Positions 39,035 to 49,129 of a stretch of DNA of 64,000 nucleotides are shown here, in pieces (within the stretch, counting starts at the first letter, position 1; the number at the start of each line of letters is the position of its first letter). The stretch covers positions 125,651 through 189,650 of the forward strand of contig JAGYKD010000001.1 of NCBI GenBank assembly GCA_018401695.1. Reading direction: 5' to 3'. The notes below the pieces were generated by a model. That model did no database searches, was not told the origin of the DNA, and was given only the letters and a program-made list of their open reading frames with translations. The DNA comes from Flavobacteriales bacterium. Lineage in GTDB: Bacteria; Bacteroidota; Bacteroidia; CAIKAF01. A program made the translations under genes and the position numbers.

Positions 39035-40428
39035 AGCTTACTGGGACTAAGTTGTTGAATTTGCTCCAGAATTTCCTCGGCCAGGGCATTGGCCATTTCT
39101 TGGTTTGGTGCTTCGGTATAGATTCTAAGAATGGGCTCGGTATTGGACTTGCGGACGTGCACCCAGGCATTTCCATGGTTTATCCAAAGTCCGTCGATGG
39201 TTTGTATGTCTTCTTGGGCATATTGCCGGGTGAGTTGTTGAAGTACTTCGTCGGCCGGGGCTTTTCCTTCCAGATTCACTTTGCGTTTGCTCATGGCATA
39301 GGCCGGATATTTTGCCCTGATTTGGGTTGGTTTTAATCCGGTTTCGGCCATGAAACTAAGGAAAAGCGCCACGCCAATCAGGGCGTCCCGGCCGTAGTGC
39401 AAATCCGGAAAAATAAGGCCTCCATTTCCTTCGCCGCCAAGTACAGCGCCCACTTCTTTCATTTTTTGCACCACATGGACTTCGCCAACGGCAGAGGTAA
39501 AGCGTTCGCAACCGTGCCATGCGGCTACGTCGGCCAAAGCGCGCGAAGAAGACAAGTTAGACACCACAGGACCGGGGCGCTTAGCCAGGAGGTAATCTGC
39601 GATAGCCACCAGGGTATATTCTTCACCGAAGAAGCTGCCGTCTTCGCAAACAATGGCCAGTCGATCCACATCAGGGTCGACCACAAAACCTACATCGGCG
39701 CCGCTTTCTTTTACTTGTCGGCAATAGCCTTGGAGGTGTTCGGGAAGCGGTTCGGGGTTGTGTGGGAAGCGTCCGGTGGGTGTACCGTAGGGGTTATGGA
39801 TTTGATTTACGCCTAAAGCTTTTAGCAAAATGGGCAAGGCTACGCCTCCGGAGGAGTGGACCCCATTTATGGAGACGGAAAAATTGGCTGCGGCAATGGA
39901 TTCTTGAAGGACGAAAGGATGCTGTACAATTTGGTCTACATGTTCGACGATAAAGGCATCGGCCAAACGCACGCTACCTAACTGAGATACTTGGACATAG
40001 GGATTTCCGCCTTGCTGCACCAATTCCATAAGGGCTTGGCCATCGGATGCGGAGAGGAACTCGCCTTTTTCGTTGAGCAGTTTTAGGGCATTCCATTCTA
40101 CGGGATTGTGGCTGGCGGTTAAGATAATACCACCTTGGGCTTTGTAAGCGGGCACGGCCATTTCTACGGTGGGTGTTGTGGAGAGCCCCAGATCGGTAAC
40201 TTGGATTCCACAAAAGGCCAGGGTATGCGCCACAATATTGGCCAGAGATGGACCGGAAGGCCGGGCATCTCTTCCCAAAAGGACATGAATATTTTGGTTG
40301 GGATAGCGCTTGGTAAGCCATTGGGCGTATCCGGTAGCAAACTTCACCATGTCCGGAGGCGTTAGATTTTGGCCCGGCACACCACCAATGGTGCCCCGAA
40401 TACCCGAAACCGATTGTATTAAGGTCAT
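39031..40428 (-). CDS. glmM: Phosphoglucosamine mutase
   Basis: SVSGIRGTIGG, TASHNP, DPDVDR, GGEGNGG, RKSNTEP. Confidence 0.93.
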   Translation of the reverse strand: MTLIQSVSGIRGTIGGVPGQNLTPPDMVKFATGYAQWLTKRYPNQNIHVLLGRDARPSGPSLANIVAHTLAFCGIQVTDLGLSTTPTVEMAVPAYKAQGGIILTASHNPVEWNALKLLNEKGEFLSASDGQALMELVQQGGNPYVQVSQLGSVRLADAFIVEHVDQIVQHPFVLQESIAAANFSVSINGVHSSGGVALPILLKALGVNQIHNPYGTPTGRFPHNPEPLPEHLQGYCRQVKESGADVGFVVDPDVDRLAIVCEDGSFFGEEYTLVAIADYLLAKRPGPVVSNLSSSRALADVAAWHGCERFTSAVGEVHVVQKMKEVGAVLGGEGNGGLIFPDLHYGRDALIGVALFLSFMAETGLKPTQIRAKYPAYAMSKRKVNLEGKAPADEVLQQLTRQYAQEDIQTIDGLWINHGNAWVHVRKSNTEPILRIYTEAPNQEMANALAEEILEQIQQLSPSKL

Positions 40429-40507
40429 AGAAACCGCTTTTGGGCAAAGATAGCCAAAACGGATAGTATGCCTTGGAATCCGTACCTTTGTACTGACTTT
40501 TCATTAT

Positions 40508-41917
40508 ATGCAAGAATCCGAAGAGCAGAGTTACAACCTCCAACTTATCCAGTCCTTTGAAGATGGGCTAAATTCCGGCGAGATGCGCTACTTTGATTCG
40601 GAAGAATTTGAAGAAATCACCTCCTATTATTTGGCTATTGAGGACACCGAAAATGCGCGGGAGGCTATTTCACATGGTTTAGACCAGCATCCCAAGCATT
40701 CAGATTTGCTACTAATGAACAGCAGGGTTTTGCTTCATGAGGGAAAAATGAATCAGGCGCTGAACCAGCTTGATGAGCTATTGTTGGAGCAGCAAGAAAA
40801 CGATGAGCTATGGGCATTAAAAGCGGAGGTGTATTCTGAATTGTTGGAACACGACTTGGCCATTTTGTATTACCAAAAAGCATTGGAAGTCTGTGATCCG
40901 GACAGTAGGGCTTACTACCAAGTAGAGATGGCGCATGAGCAAATTTTAAAAAACGATGCAGATGCAGCCCGTCGTACGCTTAAAATGTGCCTTAGGTCTT
41001 ACCCTGACTATGAACCTGCCTACACCTCGCTTTTTGTTTTGGCCAATGCCAACGACGAATTGCAAGATGTATTAACCTATTTTAGAAGGCTCACCGACAA
41101 GAATCCGTACAATAAATTGGCTTGGTATAGCATGGGCTTATGCTACAAACAGTTGGACTTGCACGAGGAATCGGTGCACTGTTTTGATTTGGTGCTAACC
41201 ATAGATGAGGGTTTTTATGAGGTGTACATGGATTTGGCGTATGCTTACATGGCCATGGAATGGTGGAGCAAAGCCCTTGAAGCTTTAAAGGCTGCCCGAA
41301 AAAGCTATAACGACCCAACACACCTACTCTATTTAAGGGCAGAATGCTATTTCCACCAGGAGCGGTTTAATAAATCCTTGTTTTGCTTCCGAAAAGTGGC
41401 TCATTACTTACCTGACCATGCCGAAGCCTGGTTTGGCATTGGTTTGTGTTTGCACGAAATGGGGCACTCAAAAGAAGGCTTAGCCCACCTGAACCATGCC
41501 TTAAGTCTGGATTCTGAAAGTTTTGACATGCGACTTGGCAAAGCCAATATGCTCAAAGAAATGGGTGAATTCGGAGAAGCGGAGAATGTGTATATTCGAC
41601 TTTTAGAAAGCCATCCCGACCATTGGGAATTGTTCTTTGACCAATCCGATTTGTATGTTCGGATGGATGATTTTGGCATGGCAGCTTCTTCGTTAATGGA
41701 GTCGCTGAAAATTGAGCCAAATTCTGCGGAAATCCTGTACCGGCTTGCAGCCATTCAATGGCGTAGAGGCCTAAAAGAAGATGCCGCCTCCGCTCTAAAT
41801 CAGGCCTTGCTCATCGATTATGCAGGGCATAAGGATATGTTGGATTATTTACCCGACCTAGAACAAGACCCCTTTATTATCGACATTATTGAAACCCATA
41901 AATCCCATGGAAATTAA
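40508..41917 (+). CDS. Tetratricopeptide repeat protein
   Basis: Acidic N-terminus (YFDSEEFEEI) and tandem TPR-like helices. Confidence 0.85.
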   Translation: MQESEEQSYNLQLIQSFEDGLNSGEMRYFDSEEFEEITSYYLAIEDTENAREAISHGLDQHPKHSDLLLMNSRVLLHEGKMNQALNQLDELLLEQQENDELWALKAEVYSELLEHDLAILYYQKALEVCDPDSRAYYQVEMAHEQILKNDADAARRTLKMCLRSYPDYEPAYTSLFVLANANDELQDVLTYFRRLTDKNPYNKLAWYSMGLCYKQLDLHEESVHCFDLVLTIDEGFYEVYMDLAYAYMAMEWWSKALEALKAARKSYNDPTHLLYLRAECYFHQERFNKSLFCFRKVAHYLPDHAEAWFGIGLCLHEMGHSKEGLAHLNHALSLDSESFDMRLGKANMLKEMGEFGEAENVYIRLLESHPDHWELFFDQSDLYVRMDDFGMAASSLMESLKIEPNSAEILYRLAAIQWRRGLKEDAASALNQALLIDYAGHKDMLDYLPDLEQDPFIIDIIETHKSHGN

Positions 41918-42779
41918 GCTCCCTTTTGTTCCCGAACGAAGCCAAAAGCCCAGAAACCATGGTCTTAATATGGTCATGGACAAAGGCCTTAGCCTTAGAC
42001 AGGTAGAAGACCTGTTGGAAACTTCCCACGCCCTTATTGATTTTGTAAAACTTGGCTTTGGTACTTCATTTGTCTATCCAAAAATCAAAGAGAAACTTCA
42101 ATTGTATACCGCTGCCGGTATAAGGCCTTATTTGGGCGGCACCCTATTCGAAGCCTTTGTAATCCGCAACAAAGTAGAAGATTACCTTCGGCTTATGGAC
42201 GCATGGGACTTGGATGTGGTGGAGGTTTCGGATGGCTCGCTTCGCATTGCACCCGACCTAAAGTGTGAACTTATTCATGCGTTGTCAAAAAGAGCCTTAG
42301 TGCTTTCTGAGGTAGGCTCCAAAGAAGAAGGCATTTTGATTGCTCCCAACAAGTGGAAGCAAATGATGCAAGATGAGCTTTCTGCCGGAGCGTGGAAGGT
42401 AATTGCCGAAGCGAGAGAAAGCGGCACCGTAGGCATTTACAGGCCTTCAGGAAAAGCACATACCCAATTGATCAATAAAATTTTAGGGGTAATTGAAGCC
42501 GAAAACATCATTTGGGAGGCCCCTCAAAAGCCGCAGCAGGTGTTTTGGATAAAACTGCTGGGTGCCAACGTGAACTTGGGCAATATTGCCCCGGAAGAAG
42601 TTATTCCTTTAGAAACCCTTAGACAAGGATTAAGAGGCGATACGTTTTTCCATTTTTTACCCAAAGATTTGGCAGAAAACGAAGTGCAAAGCCTAAACAT
42701 TCCAGATACTTCCAATTACCTTAAGAAAACGTCCAATGAAGGAGTTAAGCGTAACCGAACTAAAACAAATGCAGGATAA
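41907..42779 (+). CDS. comA: Phosphosulfolactate synthase (ComA family)
   Basis: KPRNHGLNMVMDKGL, VKLGFGTS, SEVGSK, VIAEARESG, WEAP, NVNLGNI, LETLRQGLRGDT. Confidence 0.92.
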   Translation: MEIKLPFVPERSQKPRNHGLNMVMDKGLSLRQVEDLLETSHALIDFVKLGFGTSFVYPKIKEKLQLYTAAGIRPYLGGTLFEAFVIRNKVEDYLRLMDAWDLDVVEVSDGSLRIAPDLKCELIHALSKRALVLSEVGSKEEGILIAPNKWKQMMQDELSAGAWKVIAEARESGTVGIYRPSGKAHTQLINKILGVIEAENIIWEAPQKPQQVFWIKLLGANVNLGNIAPEEVIPLETLRQGLRGDTFFHFLPKDLAENEVQSLNIPDTSNYLKKTSNEGVKRNRTKTNAG

Positions 42780-43053
42780 AGGCGAGGCCTTTGCCCTAAT
42801 TGACGTTAGAGAACCTTACGAAGCCGAAATTTGCCACATCAATGGCACCCTAATTCCTATGGGAGAAGTTTTGGATAGACTTAGCGAAATCCCAAAAGAG
42901 GGAAAAGTGGTGATGCACTGCCGCTCCGGTGGGCGCTCAGGTACCGTAATTCAGGTACTTGAAGAGGAGCATGGCTACACCAATCTCTTCAACCTTACCG
43001 GAGGAATTTTGGCTTGGTCGGCACACATTGACCCAAGCCTACCTTCCTACTAA
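42736..43053 (+). CDS. Rhodanese-like domain protein
   Basis: LIDVREPYE, HCRSGGRS, NLTGGILAW. Confidence 0.9.
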   Translation: MKELSVTELKQMQDKGEAFALIDVREPYEAEICHINGTLIPMGEVLDRLSEIPKEGKVVMHCRSGGRSGTVIQVLEEEHGYTNLFNLTGGILAWSAHIDPSLPSY

Positions 43054-43071
43054 TTATTAGCAAATCAGCCT

Positions 43072-44001
43072 ATGAAGGTTTTCGGCACGCTTACTATTTT
43101 GCTGAAAGGTATGGCTATGGGTGCCGCAGATGTGGTCCCCGGGGTTTCAGGTGGAACCATTGCCTTTATTACCGGCATTTACGAGCGTTTATTGAATGCC
43201 ATTAAAAGCATAAATCCTTCTCTTTTAGGAACCCTTAGGTCCAAAGGAATTGCCACTGCTTGGAAACAGGCCGATGCCGGATTTTTGCTGACCCTGCTCA
43301 CCGGAATTGCCATTAGTTTGGGGAGTTTGGCACGATTGCTCACCTACCTGCTCGAAAACCACCCCATTCCCATCTGGTCTTTTTTCTTTGGACTGGTGTT
43401 GGCCTCCGTTTGGGTGGTGCAAAAACAAAGAAAAACCAAGCATTGGAACCAGATTCCGGTACTCCTGGTGGGCGCAGGTCTTGCCTTTTGGATTACCATG
43501 GCCGTGCCTGCCGAAACACCCGAAGCGCTTTGGTTTGTTTTTTTATCCGGTGCTATAGCCATCTGCGCTATGATTTTACCCGGAATTTCAGGTTCGTTTA
43601 TTCTACTGATTTTAGGAAAGTATGCCTTTATTATGCAGGCATTTAAAAACTTAGACTTAATTACCCTGACTGTTTTTGCCCTGGGCTGCCTTACCGGGCT
43701 TCTTAGCTTTGTTCGCCTTGTTTCTTTCTTCTTTAAAAAATACCACGATTTCACGGTAGTTTTACTTACAGGCTTTATGCTGGGTTCGCTACCTAAAATT
43801 TGGCCCTGGCGGGTGCCTACGCTTATTTTGGAAACGGCCAAAGGACCAAAGGTTATTCAGGAAAGTGCTGTTCTGCCTCAAGAGTTTGTACAACAAACGC
43901 AGCAAAACCCGGAACTGACCTGGGCTGTATTTGGTTTAGTGGCCGGCATGCTCTTGGTAGTATTGCTGGATTTTGCCCCTAAACCAAAAACGCAAGAATG
44001 A
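43072..44001 (+). CDS. DUF368 family membrane protein
   Basis: KGMAMGAADVVPGVSGGTIAFITGIYERL, AMILPGISGSFILL. Confidence 0.92.
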   Translation: MKVFGTLTILLKGMAMGAADVVPGVSGGTIAFITGIYERLLNAIKSINPSLLGTLRSKGIATAWKQADAGFLLTLLTGIAISLGSLARLLTYLLENHPIPIWSFFFGLVLASVWVVQKQRKTKHWNQIPVLLVGAGLAFWITMAVPAETPEALWFVFLSGAIAICAMILPGISGSFILLILGKYAFIMQAFKNLDLITLTVFALGCLTGLLSFVRLVSFFFKKYHDFTVVLLTGFMLGSLPKIWPWRVPTLILETAKGPKVIQESAVLPQEFVQQTQQNPELTWAVFGLVAGMLLVVLLDFAPKPKTQE

Positions 44002-44768
44002 TTTGCTACGGACTCATCGGCTACCCAATTGCACACTCCAAAAGCCCGGAGCTATTTGAGCAGATGTTCCAAAAGTTTGACTTAAAAGGCCGAGAATACA
44101 GGCTGTTTCCGCTTCAAGACCCCTCCAAAATTTATGCGCTTGCCCAAGACCAAACCTTAAAAGGCCTCAACGTTACTATTCCTTGGAAATCCTCTATTAT
44201 TCATTATTTAGACGATATCGACGAGAAAGCCAAAGCCATAGGTGCGGTCAATTGCATTTCCATTGAACATACTTCCCGCGGGCCTCGGCTTAAGGGATAC
44301 AATACCGATTTTATGGGCTTTTGGGAGGACTTAAGCGCTTGGGGGCTGCCGTCCCAGCCCAAAGCACTAGTCTTAGGCAATGGAGGCGCATCCAAGGCCG
44401 TAACTTTTGCGCTGGAATGGGCAGACATTCCTTACCAAGTCTTAGCCCGTACCCCCCGAAATTCAATGGAACAGAACTGGGCAAATGCACCATTGACCAC
44501 GTGGAGGGAAGCCAACCTCCTTGTGCACACCACTCCTGTCGGCATGACGGGTATCCGGGACCAAATGCCCTTTGTTCCAAAACACGGCTTAGAGCACAAA
44601 CCCCAGGTGTACGATTTGGTGTATTCCCCTTTGGAAACCACTTTAATGCAAAAAGCTAAAGCCCAAGGTTGTAAAGTAAAAAATGGCCTTGGTATGCTCC
44701 AAAGGCAAGCTGAGCTTGCCTTGGAGCTTTGGGAAAGCGATTTGGCTAAGGCGCCCCAATGGCCATAA
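43998..44768 (+). CDS. aroE: Shikimate dehydrogenase
   Basis: HSKSP, GLNVTIPWK, IGAVNC, GYNTD, GNGGAS, DLVY, GLGML..QA. Confidence 0.93.
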   Translation: MICYGLIGYPIAHSKSPELFEQMFQKFDLKGREYRLFPLQDPSKIYALAQDQTLKGLNVTIPWKSSIIHYLDDIDEKAKAIGAVNCISIEHTSRGPRLKGYNTDFMGFWEDLSAWGLPSQPKALVLGNGGASKAVTFALEWADIPYQVLARTPRNSMEQNWANAPLTTWREANLLVHTTPVGMTGIRDQMPFVPKHGLEHKPQVYDLVYSPLETTLMQKAKAQGCKVKNGLGMLQRQAELALELWESDLAKAPQWP

Positions 44769-45906
44769 AACTAAAGGCTCTATCCTCTGGCAAACCGCTT
44801 TCATCATAGGTTTCTATCCGAAGTTGGCTTGAATCTGCGGCGGCCAGTTGCACCGGACTGGTGGCATAATTCATGGCTCCACTTGCCTCAAAGGCTTGCG
44901 AAACTAGGGCCACCGGAATATCGGCGAAAGCTTGACTAAACCGGATGGTATAGACTCCTATGCCGGTTTTTTGCACCTCAAACCCACCTCCTTTGAGGGG
45001 CATTCCGTCGCCCCCTACATGACCACGAATTAGGCGTTCGGCCACCATTTGGTTTTGAACAGGCACGGCCACTTGAGTAGCTGGAACCTGTACGAGCCAG
45101 GATTGATAAGCACCTTGAGGTTGCACCGGCCCAAAAGAGTAGCCCGAAAACAAGCATTGCAGGTAGCCGGTTTGCCAGCCATCGCCTCCCAAATCCCAGG
45201 CTTCTAATAAGTAAGGTCCGGGAGACAAGGCAAGGGACTGCTGAAAAGCCAGGTGTTGACTGGGGCCGCCACCCCCCGAAGCTACCGTTTGGCCTTGGGC
45301 ATTCTTAAGCGACCATTGGTTTTGATGACCTTGAGGGCCATACCAGACTTGAACCATGGTTGAGGTGGTTGCGGCTTGTTGCCATTGATAGCCGGCATCC
45401 AAGGTAAGTAGACCCGATCCTCCGGGCACCAATCGTCCTTGGGCATCCGCCGCCACATGTTGCAAGCCTCCTCCGGCCAAAACTCCACTTTGCAAATAGC
45501 CGCTGGCATGAAACTCTCCACTGGAAGGGTGCAACACAATACGTTGATTCCCAGAAAGAGGAAGCCATTCGATGGGACTTTCGGCCTGCCAAGCCAGGTT
45601 AGTTCCGTTGGACTGCACCGAATGAAGCAAAGGGCCTGGCAGCCGCAAGGTGTCTCTAAGCCAGGTTTGACCTGCCACTTCCAAGGCACAGCCGGGTTGA
45701 AGCACACCTATACCGGTGTTGCCCTGGACCAATAAGCCATTGGGAGGCGCTTCAATTTCCCCGGCATAGGAATGGCCTATAGCCACATTGCCTTGGATGT
45801 CGAACCTGTTGATGGGCCTAAAATCGGCGAAGCCAATTCCGGCCGCGTGTTGGGGGTGGAGGACATGAATCGGTAAGCAGCATAAAGCTGCAATCCAGGT
45901 TTTCAT
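44746..45906 (-). CDS. Secreted mosaic hypothetical protein (GIG-repeat/tail-fibre-like N-terminus, lectin-like C-terminus)
   Basis: GNVAIG / GNTGIG..P...LEV repeats; GDGW-containing middle module; C-terminal GVYTIRFSQAFADIPVAL. Confidence 0.55.
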   Translation of the reverse strand: MKTWIAALCCLPIHVLHPQHAAGIGFADFRPINRFDIQGNVAIGHSYAGEIEAPPNGLLVQGNTGIGVLQPGCALEVAGQTWLRDTLRLPGPLLHSVQSNGTNLAWQAESPIEWLPLSGNQRIVLHPSSGEFHASGYLQSGVLAGGGLQHVAADAQGRLVPGGSGLLTLDAGYQWQQAATTSTMVQVWYGPQGHQNQWSLKNAQGQTVASGGGGPSQHLAFQQSLALSPGPYLLEAWDLGGDGWQTGYLQCLFSGYSFGPVQPQGAYQSWLVQVPATQVAVPVQNQMVAERLIRGHVGGDGMPLKGGGFEVQKTGIGVYTIRFSQAFADIPVALVSQAFEASGAMNYATSPVQLAAADSSQLRIETYDESGLPEDRAFSFMAIGAP

Positions 45907-46092
45907 GTCGTTTTGAATTTGACCTAAAGGTATAAAAAAAAACACTAAAGAAAAAACAAATTCGCATTCTAGGTTTATTAAATATTTCTACAATAGAATA
46001 TCAGAACCCGATTTGTAGCAAAACCTAACTTTACTCGCCTACTCTAGCTCCTTTTGCCACCAATTGCCCTTAGAAAGCCCTACTTTTGCCCT

Positions 46093-46941
46093 ATGAAAGC
46101 ACTGTTGGTTTCCCTGCTCTGCATTGGCATCTTTGGATCTTCTCCCGATTCAGACGATGGTTTCGGCCCCGAAAAACTGCTAAGAACCCCCGACAGCCTT
46201 AGGGTACAAACAATCCAAGACAGCTTAATTGCCTTACACTTGGAAACAGATGAGCCCCGCCCCTTGATTCAATGGCTGCAATGGGAAATTGTGCAAAACC
46301 GAAGTTCCTCAGCACATCAGGTACTCCAAAGCTTATTGCCTCGCCAAGACGTTCAAGCGATGGATCACTTCCATGCCGCCATGGCCTGGGCGCTTCAAAA
46401 GCAAGAAAAGTATAAAAAAGCACTCCTCTATGCCCAAAAGACCCTGGCCCTTAATCCCCAATGGTGCTCCGGTACCGGAGAATTTTGGGTGAAATACCTT
46501 AAAGCTCGCGCCAATCCCTTGCAATCCCCGCATACCTTTTTAGACCTAAATACGGAAGTAAACCTTAGGCATAAAAAGGAAACCCAAGGCAACCCGGGCC
46601 AGGTTCAGGCCTGGGAAAAACTGCGCAGGGAGCTCTCCGACTTTTTGAAACACCAAGGCTTTTTGCTGTCCTCGAACGACCCTTGGCTTGCCCAACTTTG
46701 CCTGGATTTGGGCGACCTGTATTATTTGACCGAAGAAACAGACTCCGCAAAACTATGGTGGAAGAAAGCCCAGGTCCTAAACCCCGCTTTGGCATCAAAC
46801 ATTCAGGACCGAAAATCCGTTTTACGCAGTAGTATCCTGCAGTATTTCACTTGGTGGAAAATCTTAATTGGCCTTTTAGTTCTTGGTGGTCTTGCTTGGT
46901 GGCTATCGCTCAGTGCCTCCATCAAAAAAACCGGAAAATGA
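46093..46941 (+). CDS. TPR-like secreted protein with C-terminal TM anchor
   Basis: Signal peptide, YAQKTLALNP and WKKAQVLNP TPR-like ends, C-terminal hydrophobic helix; TACTTTTG box at 46081-46088. Confidence 0.6.
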   Translation: MKALLVSLLCIGIFGSSPDSDDGFGPEKLLRTPDSLRVQTIQDSLIALHLETDEPRPLIQWLQWEIVQNRSSSAHQVLQSLLPRQDVQAMDHFHAAMAWALQKQEKYKKALLYAQKTLALNPQWCSGTGEFWVKYLKARANPLQSPHTFLDLNTEVNLRHKKETQGNPGQVQAWEKLRRELSDFLKHQGFLLSSNDPWLAQLCLDLGDLYYLTEETDSAKLWWKKAQVLNPALASNIQDRKSVLRSSILQYFTWWKILIGLLVLGGLAWWLSLSASIKKTGK

Positions 46942-46954
46942 GGGTAGTATTGCT

Positions 46955-48964
46955 ATGAAATTTAAACTAGAATCGGCGTACAAGCCTTTGGGAGATCAGC
47001 CCATGGCTATTGCTGAAATAACCCAAGGAATTAAGTCCAAAATCCCTTTTCAAACGCTCTTGGGAGCTACCGGAACCGGTAAAACCTTTACCATGGCCAA
47101 TGTGGTGGAACAGGTGCAAAAACCCACCTTGGTGTTGAGCCACAACAAAACCCTAGCGGCGCAGCTGTATGGAGAATTCCGGCAATTCTTTCCGCAAAAT
47201 GCCGTAGAATACTTTGTGTCCTACTACGACTATTACCAACCGGAAGCCTATATCCCGACCAGCGATACCTATATTGAAAAGGACCTGAGCATCAACGATG
47301 AAATCGAAAAGCTCCGCCTTTCGACCACCTCGGCCCTTTTGTCCGGCAGAAGAGATGTTTTGGTCGTGGCATCCGTGTCCTGCATTTACGGCATGGGAAA
47401 TCCTGAGGATTTTTATGCCCAAACCATTCGCATTAAGGTTGGAGACCACATCAGCCGCAATAAATTTTTGCACCAACTTATTGAAGGCCTATACTTTAGA
47501 ACCGAACAGGAGTTCAAAAGAGGCACCTTTCGGGTCATTGGCGATACGGTAGACGTCTTTTTGGCCTACGCAGAAAACGCGGTACGGATTTATTTCTGGG
47601 GCGATGAAATTGAGGCCATAGAACTTATTGATCCAATAACCGGCCAAGCCTTGGACAAAATGGATCTGTTTAGCATCAATCCGGCCAACCTTTTTGTAAC
47701 CACGCGCGAGCGCATCAAAGGCGCGACCTACAAAATTCAAGACGACCTGGTGGCTCAAATGGAGTTTTTTAAAGAAACCGGCAAGCCGCTCGAAGCCAAA
47801 CGCCTGGAGCAACGGGTAGAATATGACCTCGAAATGATTCGTGAGCTGGGTTATTGCTCCGGCATCGAAAACTACAGCCGCTATTTTGACGGCAGAAAAC
47901 CCGGTACGCGCCCCTTTTGCCTGTTGGATTATTTCCCCGACGATTGGTTGCTCATCATTGATGAAAGCCACGTAACCATTCCTCAAATCCGTGCCATGTA
48001 TAACGGCGACCGCATGCGCAAAACCAATTTGGTGGAATATGGATTCCGCCTTCCGGCAGCTCTTGACAACCGCCCCCTAAAATTTGAGGAATTCGAAGGA
48101 CTCATAAACCAAGCCGTATATGTAAGCGCAACTCCCGGCGACTACGAACTCGAAAAGTCCGAGGGTCTTTATGCCGAGCAAATCATTCGACCCACCGGTT
48201 TGCTCGATCCCCTCATTGAAGTGAGGCCCACCAAAAACCAAATCGATGACTTAATCGAAGAAATTAGCCTGCGGGCCGAACGCGATGAACGGGTACTGAT
48301 AACCACCCTTACCAAGCGCATGGCCGAAGAGCTCCACAAATATTTCCAAAGGTTGCACATCCGCTGCCGCTACATTCACTCCGAAGTGGACACCTTAGAA
48401 CGCGTGGAAATTCTAAGGGAATTAAGGCTGGGCATCTTTGACGTGCTTATTGGCGTGAACCTGCTGCGCGAAGGATTAGACCTCCCCGAAGTGTCTTTGG
48501 TCGCCATTTTGGATGCCGACAAAGAAGGCTTCCTCCGTAATCAACGATCTCTTATTCAAACCATTGGACGCGCTGCCCGAAACGTTAACGGCACCGTAAT
48601 TATGTATGCCGACCGGGAAACCGTTTCTATGCAAAAGGCCATGGAGGAAACCGAAAGACGTCGGGAAAAACAGGTGGCCTACAACTTAAAACACAACATG
48701 AAACCAACGCCCCTGGTGCGCGACCGCGAAGCCATTCTCCGCAGCACTTCCATGGGTGGGAAAAGTAAAAAATACGAAGATTATAAGCAGCCGGAAGAAA
48801 GTGCGCTGGTTGCCGAACCCAACTTGGACTATGCAGGCCCTGAGGCCCTAAACAAACGCATAGAACAGGTCCGCCGGCAAATGGAAAAAGCCGCGAAAGC
48901 CTTGGATTTCATTGAGGCAGCACGGCTTAGAGACTTACTCTTTGAATTGCAGGCCAAAAAATAA
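46955..48964 (+). CDS. uvrB: Excinuclease ABC subunit B
   Basis: GATGTGKTFT, HNKTLAAQLY, YYDYYQPEAY, DESH, GINL-like GVNLLREGLD, DADKEGFLR. Confidence 0.98.
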   Translation: MKFKLESAYKPLGDQPMAIAEITQGIKSKIPFQTLLGATGTGKTFTMANVVEQVQKPTLVLSHNKTLAAQLYGEFRQFFPQNAVEYFVSYYDYYQPEAYIPTSDTYIEKDLSINDEIEKLRLSTTSALLSGRRDVLVVASVSCIYGMGNPEDFYAQTIRIKVGDHISRNKFLHQLIEGLYFRTEQEFKRGTFRVIGDTVDVFLAYAENAVRIYFWGDEIEAIELIDPITGQALDKMDLFSINPANLFVTTRERIKGATYKIQDDLVAQMEFFKETGKPLEAKRLEQRVEYDLEMIRELGYCSGIENYSRYFDGRKPGTRPFCLLDYFPDDWLLIIDESHVTIPQIRAMYNGDRMRKTNLVEYGFRLPAALDNRPLKFEEFEGLINQAVYVSATPGDYELEKSEGLYAEQIIRPTGLLDPLIEVRPTKNQIDDLIEEISLRAERDERVLITTLTKRMAEELHKYFQRLHIRCRYIHSEVDTLERVEILRELRLGIFDVLIGVNLLREGLDLPEVSLVAILDADKEGFLRNQRSLIQTIGRAARNVNGTVIMYADRETVSMQKAMEETERRREKQVAYNLKHNMKPTPLVRDREAILRSTSMGGKSKKYEDYKQPEESALVAEPNLDYAGPEALNKRIEQVRRQMEKAAKALDFIEAARLRDLLFELQAKK

Positions 48965-48978
48965 GGGTTTATTGGTTT

Positions 48979-49123
48979 GGGCGGCTTTACAGGCCCTCCC
49001 TTCAAGTCCTCAGAGCCAAGCCCTGTGGGGCTAAAGCCTGCGTGGGCTTCCTTCGTCAGCCTACACCGCTCAAGCCCCACAGGGCTTGGCTCCTCCGGGC
49101 TTTTCGTGCCGGTCCCTGCCGCA
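48979..49123 (+). repeat. Intergenic hairpin element E6
   Basis: Perfect 20-bp stem 49013-49032 / 49073-49092; 3' end CGTGCCGGTCCCTGCCGCA. Confidence 0.85.
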
Positions 49124-49129
49124 GATGGT

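Noticed and set aside
45968-46030. Loose palindrome TAGGTTT..CTACAA..TTGTAG..AAACCTA between divergent genes, possibly a third ATGTAGAGATT site
   Set aside because: Inverted rather than direct, no 55-bp partner, low complexity
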